A stretch of DNA of 64,000 nucleotides, taken from contig DATCTT010000027.1 in the NCBI GenBank assembly GCA_036567845.1, forward strand, positions 11 to 64,010, in the 5' to 3' direction. The notes under the pieces were generated by a model. It was not told the DNA's origin, did not search any database, and saw only the letters and a list, made by a program, of their open reading frames with translations. Numbering within the stretch: the first letter of the stretch is position 1; each line of letters starts with the position of its first letter. Made by a program: the position numbers and the translations under genes. Origin of the DNA: Candidatus Ozemobacteraceae bacterium (GTDB taxonomy: Bacteria; Muiribacteriota; Ozemobacteria; Ozemobacterales; Ozemobacteraceae). This document shows, one piece after another, positions 56,488-64,000 of this stretch.

Positions 56488-56650
56488 TCCGGCTCCCGGA
56501 TCATCCTCCCGCCGGCCCTTCCCACCCTTGCGGGTAGTGGCTTGCCGGCGTTTGTCCCCGATTACGGCGACGGGCTCGCGCAGGTGTTTCACCTGCTTCC
56601 CTGCTGGCCTGCGGTCAGGCCATGGCGATGAGGCCCTCTGGATACCACAA
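56488..56650 (-). ncRNA. Candidate cobalamin (B12) riboswitch in the leader of the TonB-dependent receptor gene
   Basis: The minus-strand leader reads ...GGGAAgcAGGTGAAAcACCTGcgcgagcccgtcgccGTAAtcgg...gcaaGCCACTacccgcaagGGTGGGAAGGccggcgggaggatgatCCGGGAGCCGGaa. This matches the conserved GGGAA/GGTGAAA/GTAA core and the CCACT...GGGAAG plus B12-box-like elements of E. coli btuB. Confidence 0.5.
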
Positions 56651-56728
56651 CCGGCCCCTCCGTGCAAGAACCCGTTCTGTGCCGGAGACCCCCTGTGGTA
56701 GGATGGATCGGTCGGAAGGGAGGGAAGT

Positions 56729-58055
56729 CGTGAGCGGCCAGGCCGATGACGCCATGCATGCGGGGACGGTGATGCCCGTTCAGAACGATGCCCTGCTGCC
56801 CGAGGTGCGTCGAGAGATCAACGCCACCCTGCGGCCGGCATTCCTGGTCGGGGCGCTGTTTGGCATCTTCGCCGGAGCCTTCATGCTGATCATCCATTGG
56901 GTCGGCCTCATGCCCGATATGGCCATTCCGGCGCTGTGGGCATTCGTGTGCGGGATCACGGTGCTTGGCCTGTATCTGCTGGCCAGGCACGATGCCATTC
57001 CTGCCGTCCGGCCGTGGATCGTGGTGCTGCCGCTGGTTTCTCTGCCGACGATCATTTTCGTGGTTTCCTGGTTGATCCTCCCGGGTGGCACCGCCACCTA
57101 CCTGACGGGACCGCCCTCCTATCTGTATTTCTTTCTCGTCGTGCTGACGGGGTTCTGGATGCAGGCGCGTGTTTCCATCGGGGCAAGTATCTTTGCCGCA
57201 GCGCAGTTCATCGTCGCCTACCAGTTCGCCCGGGAGCATCTGCAGCATATTTCTGGCCCCGATGCGCTGTTCCTGCAGGATCTGAAGGACCCGGTCCTGT
57301 GGGGCTTCAAGGCTGTCATGCTGGTGCTGACCGGGATCGCGGTTGGCGTGTTGTCGCGCTCGGCCCGCCGGCTGATCGGTCGGATGATCGACAAGGAGCG
57401 GGAGCGGGCCTCGCTCGACCGGCTGTTCGGCCAGTATGTCAGCCCGGCCGTGCGCGACCGGCTGATGACCTCTGAGGCTGTCCGGGGCGAGATGCGCGAT
57501 GTCGCGGTCCTTTTCTGCGATATCCGCTCGTTCACCACGATGTGCGAGGGCATGTCGCCGGCTGCCGTCGTCGAGCATCTCAACCGGTATCTCGATGAGA
57601 TGGTCGCCTGCATCCAGGCGGAGGGGGGCGTCATCGACAAGTTCATCGGGGATGCGATCATGGCCACCTTCGGCGGGGTCGCGCCGCTCGAGGCGCCTGC
57701 CGCTTCGGCCGTGAAGGCTGCCCTGATGATGCAGAAGGAACTGGTTGTCCTCCGCTCCGACTGGACGCTCCAGAATCTTCCGCTTCTCCGGTCGGGAATC
57801 GGCATCCATTACGGCCCGGTTCTGCTCGGCCCAATCGGCAGCGAACAGCGTCGCGAGTTCACGGTTATCGGCGACACCGTGAACACCGCTTCCCGGCTGG
57901 AAACACTGACAAAAGATCACGCCTGCTCGATCATCTTTTCTGATGCCGTTTTTGAGGCTTTGTCCCCCGATCTTCGGCAGGGATTTACCGAGCTGGGGAC
58001 GGTGCCGGTCAAGGGGCGAACCGCGCCTGTCCGGATTTTCGGCAACAGGGATTGA
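56729..58055 (+). CDS. Membrane-anchored class III adenylate/guanylate cyclase (6-TM N-domain plus CYTH-less cyclase homology domain)
   Basis: Cyclase motifs VLFCDIRSFT, KFIGDAIMATFG and GDTVNTASRLE. The N-terminal about 200 aa have 6 hydrophobic helices. GTG at 56729 after GGAAGGGAGGGA; alternative ATG starts lie downstream. Confidence 0.8.
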
Positions 58056-58192
58056 TCCCGACGCGCTTCTGCTGTTGTGGGGTGGCCCTCCGGGCGACGC
58101 GGGTTTGGAAGGGCCCCTTCGGCGTCGAGAACATCTGGTATACTCACCCGGACAGGGCGAAAGAACGAAATCATCGCCCTGGGAGGAAGCAG

Positions 58193-59116
58193 ATGGGTGA
58201 GCGGGACTCTGCGAAAGGGCGAAGGATCATACTGGGCTGCCTTCTTGTGTGCGGCATCGCCCTGGCCGGGTGCGGATTCACAAAATATACGTATGACGAT
58301 TTGAAGAAGGCCGAACAGGCGCGAGATGGAAAGGCCGTCGTCAATATCTATCGTTCTCTCGCCGACAGCGGGGATGCGACGGCCGCCGTCGTTCTGTCTT
58401 ATATCGCCTACGATGGATCATGGGGCGATCCGGACAAGGAAATGGCCTGGAAGTATACAAAAATGGCTGCGGCAGCCGGTCATCCGGAGGGCCTGTTCAA
58501 TCTCGGCCTGATGCATATCGATGGAAGCGGCGGTCTTGCGAAAGACTATGGCCGGGCACGGGAGCTTTTCCTCCGAGCCGTGGAAAAAGGGTTTGCCGCA
58601 GCGAACTGCGGGCTTGCCTATCTCGAGCGAGACGGGCTTGGATGCTCTCCGGACGCAAAACGGGCATTCGACTACGAACTGGCTGCCGCGAAGACCGGCA
58701 ACCCGCGATCGATGTATGAAGTCTGTCTTGCGTATTTCCGTGGAAAAGGGGTTTCGAAAGACGTGCGGCGGGCCTATTACTGGGCTGTCGGCGCCTGGAC
58801 GGACCCCATCACGCGCGAGGCGCGCGACGTGGCGAAGCGGATCGAGGAGGAGGAAAAGCTGACGCCGGCCGACAAACAGGCGGTTCTCGAGGAGATCCGT
58901 GCGGCGGCGAAGGCGGGTGGCATCGAGGCCCGCTGGTTGTTCAGCCTGCATCGCTCGGGGGGCATGGGGGTGTCGAAGGATCCTGTTCAGGCTTGTGCCT
59001 GGCTGCTCAGGGCCCCGTCCGCGCTGTATACCGTCCGACCGATGCGCGGTGTCGAGGATCTGTTCAGCAAGGCCGATATCGCCCGGGCGAAGGAGCTGGC
59101 GGGAACTCTTCGGTAA
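58193..59116 (+). CDS. Sel1-like repeat (TPR-like) lipoprotein
   Basis: RBS GGGAGGAAG then ATG at 58193. Lipobox IALAGCG. Sel1 repeats with GHPEGLFNLGLMHIDGSG and AANCGLAYLERDGLG. Confidence 0.75.
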   Translation: MGERDSAKGRRIILGCLLVCGIALAGCGFTKYTYDDLKKAEQARDGKAVVNIYRSLADSGDATAAVVLSYIAYDGSWGDPDKEMAWKYTKMAAAAGHPEGLFNLGLMHIDGSGGLAKDYGRARELFLRAVEKGFAAANCGLAYLERDGLGCSPDAKRAFDYELAAAKTGNPRSMYEVCLAYFRGKGVSKDVRRAYYWAVGAWTDPITREARDVAKRIEEEEKLTPADKQAVLEEIRAAAKAGGIEARWLFSLHRSGGMGVSKDPVQACAWLLRAPSALYTVRPMRGVEDLFSKADIARAKELAGTLR

Positions 59117-59170
59117 GGTGACTCCGGTGCCGTGGTGCCGGACGGAAGACATCGTTGCAAGGAGCATGAG

Positions 59171-60235
59171 ATGGCACGCATTCTGAACAACACGGCGAAA
59201 TCGTCGAAGAAGCGGGAAACGGCACCGGGAATCGTTCCGCTGCTGCGCGACCTCGAGGCGATTGCCTCTCCGTCAGGGTTCACCGACGAGATCGCCCGGT
59301 ATCTCGTCCGGACGGCTGAAAAAGCCGGCATTGCCGGCCGGCTGACAAACAAGGGCGGCGTGCTGATCGGCAACCATCCGGCACCGGTGCTGCTGGTGTC
59401 CGGCCATGTCGACACGCTGGGCGCGATGGTGTCGCATATCAACGGCGATGGAACTCTGGCGATCACGAAGATCGGTGGGCCGCTTCTCCCGTCGTTCGAG
59501 GGAAACTATCTCACCGTCTGCACCGATGCCGGAACGCGGTATCGGGGCACTCTGCTGCTCAACAACCCGGCTGCGCACGTAAACCGCGCGGCCGAGTCGA
59601 CCGAGAGAAAACCCGAGAGCATGCATGTGCGGCTCGACGCGGAAGTACGCCGCGCCGCCGACGTGGAGAAACTCGGGATCGGGGTGGGCGACTTCGTCTG
59701 TTTCGACGCCCGGTTCGAACACACCGACACCGGCTTCGTGAAAGCGCATTTTCTCGACGACAAGGCCGGCTCGGCCGTGATGCTGGCCACGCTTCTCGAA
59801 CTCGGGGCGGCGCGGCTGAAAAAGCTTCCTGTCTGCTTCTTCTTCACCACCTATGAAGAGGTCGGTCACGGGGCCTGTGCCGGTATTCCCGAAACCGTCC
59901 GGGAGATGCTGGTCGTCGACATGGGCGTCGTCGGCGACCGGGTGGCGGGCGACGAGTACTCCGTCTCGATCTGCGCCAAGGACTCGTCGGGGCCATACGA
60001 TCTGGGCATGCGCCGGAAGCTGGTCGGACTCGCCCGCGGGAACGGAATTCCCCACAAGGTCGACGTGTTCCCCTTCTACGGATCGGACGGTTCGGCTGCC
60101 CTGCGCGCTGGCCATGATCTGCGGGTCGGTCTCATCGGCCCCGGGGTTTCCGCTTCGCACGGCTGCGAGCGGACGCATGAGACCGGGTTGCGTGCCACCC
60201 GCGACCTGCTCGTGGCATATCTCGAACAATTATAA
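59171..60235 (+). CDS. M42-family aminopeptidase (FrvX/glutamyl-aminopeptidase-like)
   Basis: RBS AAGGAG then ATG at 59171. VSGHVDTLG, FLDDKAG and TYEEVGHGA metal-ligand motifs. Confidence 0.85.
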   Translation: MARILNNTAKSSKKRETAPGIVPLLRDLEAIASPSGFTDEIARYLVRTAEKAGIAGRLTNKGGVLIGNHPAPVLLVSGHVDTLGAMVSHINGDGTLAITKIGGPLLPSFEGNYLTVCTDAGTRYRGTLLLNNPAAHVNRAAESTERKPESMHVRLDAEVRRAADVEKLGIGVGDFVCFDARFEHTDTGFVKAHFLDDKAGSAVMLATLLELGAARLKKLPVCFFFTTYEEVGHGACAGIPETVREMLVVDMGVVGDRVAGDEYSVSICAKDSSGPYDLGMRRKLVGLARGNGIPHKVDVFPFYGSDGSAALRAGHDLRVGLIGPGVSASHGCERTHETGLRATRDLLVAYLEQL

Positions 60236-60313
60236 TGTGTAAAATAAACGGGGCGGCGCCTTGTGCGCCGTCCCGTTTTGCCTGCTGGTGCGGGCTGTCG
60301 GAGGGAATCCCCG

Positions 60314-62182
60314 TCAGTCGTTCTTGCGAGAGATGACCGTCGCGAGCCCTTCGGGGTGCGTCGAGGCTTCCAGCTCCCGGACGATGGCGCTGTCGCCGTT
60401 GATCTTCCCCTTCAGGACCGGCAGATGCGTCTCCCCGCCGCGGGTGACGCGCAGCGTGAAGTCGGGCTCGCAGGGGAGGGTTTTGATGCCGTCGAGATCG
60501 AGGCGGAACGGCTGGATCAGCTCATTGCGCCGCGAGATCAGCCGCTCGACGGCCACCTTCTGGGCGAACGACGGCCAGCCGCTTTCGGCAAAACACCGCT
60601 CGAGATCGGCGCGGCTGAGCTTCGCGATGCGCAGGGCCATCCAGCGGGCGTCAGCCCAGGAGCAGTCCTTCCATGCCCGCGGCACGTACAGGGGGCGCAT
60701 GACGAAGTTGATGGTTCCGAGGCGGGTCCGCACAAACGAGGGCTCGAACGAGTTCAGCTCACCGGATGGTTTCAACCCGCCGAGGGTGCAGCCGAGGTCG
60801 CTCTGGAACTCGACGGTGCGGTCGAACTGGCGGGTTTTGAGGTTGTAGACGAGGCCGACGCGCGCGTTGTCGTCCTTCATGTCCTTGTTCTTGATCCAGG
60901 CGTTGAACACGATCGAGCCGCGGGTGACCCGGTCGGTCTCGGCTCCGGCCGTGCTGAGCGCAGCGCCGCCAAGCCGCTTGATCGCGGGGTTATACAGCGA
61001 AAGCTGGCACTCTTTGAACTTCACGAAGGCCGCGCCGACATACTTGGGGTCGATCGATTCCCGTTCTGCCATCTGCTTGTCGACGATCCCGTGGCCCAGG
61101 ATGGTATTGCCGTTCTTCACGAGGTTGCCGTCGAGCAGATACCGGTCGGCGTGAAACTGGAACTTCGAGTTCAGCAGCATCTCGGACAGGCGGCTGAAGG
61201 AGTGGACGGCATCTGGCCCGGTCTTGTCGGGCGGAGTGAGGATCAGCAACGACTCGCCGGGGCCCGAGTAGAACTTGAGATCCTCGAACGAGGCGCCCAG
61301 ATCGATAGCCAGCCGCGTCATCGCGACATCGGTGTGGACCTCGTCGCCCCACTTCAGTTTCCAGGTCAGGCCATACCGATCCTTCACCGTGATCTTCGGC
61401 GAGGTGGCATCCTCCTTGAGCTCGTCATAGAAGAGGATACGCCGGGCATACCCGAGGTCGAACCGGGCGAGCTTTTTCTCGCAGGCCCGGATCAGCGACA
61501 CCTGCTCGTTCACGAAGTCCTGGAAATTGTTGCCGGGTGCTTTCCCGCTCAGGGCCGGGTGGTCCGGTGCGGGCTGCAGGCGGGAGATCTCGACGGGGGA
61601 AAGCCGGGAAAGCTCCTCGCGCGAGACGGGGGTGGTGCTTCCGGCCTTGAACAGCCGCGCCGCTTCGCGTTTCGCGCCGAGTGGCCCGATTGGCTGCTCG
61701 GGGGCGATTCCCTCGGGGACGGACATGGCCAGGCTGCCGCCGAGCACGTTGCTGAACATGCGGAATCGTCTGCCGAGCTTGCCGAGAGGCGACTCTTCGG
61801 GGGCTTGCGCCATGTCGGCCAACAGGGCGTAATGGAGCCGCTGGAGGCGGATGAACTCGTGCGCCGCATCCCCGCTTCCCTGCGGGGTTTCCATGGCGGC
61901 GAGAAGCGCCTGCGCATCGGCAACCAGCTTCGCGTATGCGACGGCGGAGGCGTTCTTCGCCTGCTTCTCGGGCTTGTCGGGGTATTTTGCACGGAGCGCC
62001 TTCATCACTTTCGCGTGTTCTCCCGCGACGCGGACGGCGAACGCCTTCACGTTCGCTGCCGAGTAGGACAGGACGGGGTAATCCTTCACAGCATCCTGCA
62101 CGGCCCGGGCCGGCAGCGGGACGGCCGTCGGAGCGGCGCATGCGAGCGCCAGGACGACGAGAAGGGAAGATCGACGGGTCAT
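60314..62182 (-). CDS. Secreted hypothetical protein (622 aa), family unassigned
   Basis: Signal peptide MTRRSSLLVVLALACAAPTAVPLPARA. Uniform coding composition and no recognised catalytic motif. A convergent terminator-less junction with the M42 gene. Confidence 0.6.
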   Translation of the reverse strand: MTRRSSLLVVLALACAAPTAVPLPARAVQDAVKDYPVLSYSAANVKAFAVRVAGEHAKVMKALRAKYPDKPEKQAKNASAVAYAKLVADAQALLAAMETPQGSGDAAHEFIRLQRLHYALLADMAQAPEESPLGKLGRRFRMFSNVLGGSLAMSVPEGIAPEQPIGPLGAKREAARLFKAGSTTPVSREELSRLSPVEISRLQPAPDHPALSGKAPGNNFQDFVNEQVSLIRACEKKLARFDLGYARRILFYDELKEDATSPKITVKDRYGLTWKLKWGDEVHTDVAMTRLAIDLGASFEDLKFYSGPGESLLILTPPDKTGPDAVHSFSRLSEMLLNSKFQFHADRYLLDGNLVKNGNTILGHGIVDKQMAERESIDPKYVGAAFVKFKECQLSLYNPAIKRLGGAALSTAGAETDRVTRGSIVFNAWIKNKDMKDDNARVGLVYNLKTRQFDRTVEFQSDLGCTLGGLKPSGELNSFEPSFVRTRLGTINFVMRPLYVPRAWKDCSWADARWMALRIAKLSRADLERCFAESGWPSFAQKVAVERLISRRNELIQPFRLDLDGIKTLPCEPDFTLRVTRGGETHLPVLKGKINGDSAIVRELEASTHPEGLATVISRKND

Positions 62183-62224
62183 AGGTCCTCAATTGGTATT
62201 ACATTATATATAATAATAAGTTTA

Positions 62225-63064
62225 TCACGGTTTCATGGTCAGGTCGGCTCCGTCGGTGCGGAACACGATGTTCCCGTTCTCGTCGGTCCGCAGGATGGTC
62301 GTGCCCAGCTTGCGAAGAGCCGCGACCAGGGCTGCCTCCGGAACATCCCCGGCCGATTCGTCACAGGTGATGACGGCATACCGGGGCCGGACGGCGGAGA
62401 AAAAAGTCTCGGTCGCGTCATTGAAGCCGGTCCCATGGTGAGGGACCTTCAACACATCCGCCCGGAGGGCTTCCTTCCGGGTGCAGAGATCGGCCTGGCC
62501 GTCAGCGAGAGCATCGGCAGCAAACAGGAACGAGACGGCGCCGAAGGTGAGCTTCAGCACCAGGGATGCATCATTCTTGTCGGGGTGCGCTTTCGAGGGG
62601 CCGAGGGCCGTCAGAACGTAGCGATCCCCCTCGAGGAGGATGTCGCCGGGCTTGACGAGGAGGGTGCGGCCGGGATCGCGCGGATCGATCGGCCGGATGG
62701 TTCTGCCGACGGGAAACGCCTTCACCACGGCCGGATACCCACCGGCATGGTCCTTGTGTTCATGTGTGACGACGACCAGATCGATCGCCCGGATACCCCG
62801 CTTCTCCAGGTTCCTGAAAAGGTCGGCCGAGGTCTTCTCATACCCGGTGTCGAGCAGGCAGGTTTTTCCATCAGGGAGCCGGATGATGATGGCATCCCCT
62901 TTTCCAACATCGATGAACGCGACTTCGAGCCAGCCGGCCGGAAGCGGGTTTTTCTGGCCGGATGCCGCCTTCCCCTGCGCCGATGCCATTCCCGGCAGCA
63001 GAGAAATATACAGCATCAGACAGATCAACAGAAACAGGGATTGGCGAACCCGGATTTGAAACAT
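62225..63064 (-). CDS. Secreted metallo-beta-lactamase-fold hydrolase (ComEC C-terminal-domain-like)
   Basis: Signal peptide MFQIRVRQSLFLLICLMLYISLLPGMASA. LVVVTHEHKDHAGG (HxHxDH), later VLKVPHHG. Confidence 0.7.
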   Translation of the reverse strand: MFQIRVRQSLFLLICLMLYISLLPGMASAQGKAASGQKNPLPAGWLEVAFIDVGKGDAIIIRLPDGKTCLLDTGYEKTSADLFRNLEKRGIRAIDLVVVTHEHKDHAGGYPAVVKAFPVGRTIRPIDPRDPGRTLLVKPGDILLEGDRYVLTALGPSKAHPDKNDASLVLKLTFGAVSFLFAADALADGQADLCTRKEALRADVLKVPHHGTGFNDATETFFSAVRPRYAVITCDESAGDVPEAALVAALRKLGTTILRTDENGNIVFRTDGADLTMKP

Positions 63065-63147
63065 AGTAAATACTATTCCTTGCTCGTAAAATCGCCCTCG
63101 AGCGGGACCTAGACTTTCATTATACCGTAATAGCCTGGGGGCGTGGG

Positions 63148-64000
63148 TCACTCGATCGTGATATGGACCTGGGCGGCCTCTTCCCCGGGCGTCAGGGCCG
63201 TGATGGTGTGGGCTCCGGGTTGCATGGGCCAGAATGCCTCGTAAGGCGGGCCGACACGTGCAACCTCGACGCCATCAACCAGCCAGATGATCTCGGAAAG
63301 GGGCTCTTCCGGGATCGCCCGGAGCCGCACGAGGTTTTCCTCGTCGGGAGAGCGGACGAATCGATCGCCGGTATGGGGAGAGACGATCGTGAGCCGACCC
63401 CATCCGATGCCTTCGGCGTCCGGTCTGGCGACGCGCAGCCTGCCGGCGGGCGAGGGAAGGGGAGGAGAGAGGCCTTTGGGCTGGGATGCCGCTTGGGAAG
63501 AGTCTTTCAGATGAACCCCCGGCCCTTCCGGATGCGCTCCCGGAAGCGGGGCATAGGGGTCCCCGATCTCGATCCCGCCTTCGAGGACGAACGGGTCTGC
63601 GCCCCGGCTCATGCCCCGGGCCCGAAGCCAGTCGGCATACTCGGGGGGAAGTTCGTGGAACCGGCCCTGGCGGGCATGAAAGGGACAGGGGTCGGTAGGC
63701 TCCGAACCGCGCGCGAAGAGCTCCATGGCCTGTATCGGACAGAATGGGGTCGGGCGTTTCCCAGAGATGCCGCAGACGGGGGCGGCCACGACGGAGGAGG
63801 GTTGCGGGAACCAGTCGCTTCGGCCGCTCGCATTGAGAGCGAGGAGAAGGTCGTGGCCGACCGGTCCGCAGGCGACGGCGCCGGAGAGGCCGTAGGTGGG
63901 TGAGCCGTCGAAGTTTCCGACCCACAGGCCTACCAGATGCCGGGGGGTCAGGCAGAACAGCCAGCAGTCGCGATAATTTGTGCTTGTGCCGGTCTTGAGG
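63148..64000 (-). CDS. Penicillin-binding protein (class A, PBP1C-like), C-terminal part; the gene continues beyond the window end
   Basis: My minus-strand translation upstream of listed ORF 63148..63789 stays open to position 64000 and reads LKTGTSTNYRDCWLFCLTPRHLVGLWVGNFDGSPTYGLSGAVACGPV (KTG motif of the transpeptidase). This is followed by the beta-sandwich C-terminal domain typical of PbpC. Confidence 0.6.
   Translation of the reverse strand, partial: LKTGTSTNYRDCWLFCLTPRHLVGLWVGNFDGSPTYGLSGAVACGPVGHDLLLALNASGRSDWFPQPSSVVAAPVCGISGKRPTPFCPIQAMELFARGSEPTDPCPFHARQGRFHELPPEYADWLRARGMSRGADPFVLEGGIEIGDPYAPLPGAHPEGPGVHLKDSSQAASQPKGLSPPLPSPAGRLRVARPDAEGIGWGRLTIVSPHTGDRFVRSPDEENLVRLRAIPEEPLSEIIWLVDGVEVARVGPPYEAFWPMQPGAHTITALTPGEEAAQVHITIE

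Noticed and set aside
56589-57920. 443-aa minus ORF opposite the adenylate cyclase
   Set aside because: The cyclase motifs FCDIRSFT and GDTVNTASRLE are unambiguous on the plus strand. The minus ORF is His/Arg/Gly-rich.
60263-63112. 949-aa plus ORF spanning two minus-strand secreted-protein genes
   Set aside because: It spans an AT-rich intergenic region and two genes with signal peptides and an HxHxDH motif on the other strand.

Overview
This is a high-GC (roughly 65%) bacterial chromosomal segment that is densely coding on both strands. I could support about 50 protein-coding genes, one candidate cobalamin riboswitch, several rho-independent (often bidirectional) terminators and two sigma70-like promoter candidates. 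I found no rRNA, tRNA, CRISPR array, transposase or integrase, and no obvious prophage.

Recognisable content:
- Core metabolism: a PfkB-family sugar kinase, PurD, ATP-citrate lyase aclB-aclA (a reductive-TCA marker), AsnA, a KdsD/GutQ-type sugar-phosphate isomerase, ornithine carbamoyltransferase, an M42 aminopeptidase and a secreted plant/archaeal-type alpha-amylase.
- Stress and DNA repair: ClpB, and a tandem pair of UvrD-like helicase-nucleases with RecB-type nuclease domains and 4-Cys clusters (AdnAB/AddAB-like).
- An anaerobe-type redox block: a 4Fe-4S ferredoxin, a tungsten-type aldehyde:ferredoxin oxidoreductase, a ThiS-ThiF fusion, and a free ThiS/MoaD-like carrier ending in Gly-Gly. 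This is followed by a nitrite/sulfite-reductase-like Fe-S protein and a cytoplasmic HAMP-HPt-HATPase (CheA-like) kinase.
- A strongly secretome-biased accessory content: a PLD-family protein, a gingipain-like C25 peptidase, an IPT/TIG lipoprotein, a 907-aa lipoprotein with tandem C-terminal repeats, a glycine-zipper secreted protein, a VWA protein, a Sel1-repeat lipoprotein, an EEP-family nuclease/phosphatase, an MBL-fold hydrolase, a TonB-dependent receptor-like gene preceded by a B12-riboswitch-like leader, and a class III adenylate cyclase.
- A seven-gene minus-strand envelope operon (lipoprotein, beta-barrel OMP, two methyltransferases, a small TM protein and an LTA-synthase-like protein), linked by overlapping stop/start codons.

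Many long ORFs in the six-frame track are antisense GC-frame artefacts and were rejected. I cannot assign the organism. It looks like an anaerobic or microaerophilic, possibly autotrophic, high-GC lineage. Nothing matches a named defence or secretion system outright. The most interesting candidate modules are the SiR-like protein plus CheA-like kinase pair, the ThiS-ThiF/ThiS plus W-AOR block, and the envelope operon.
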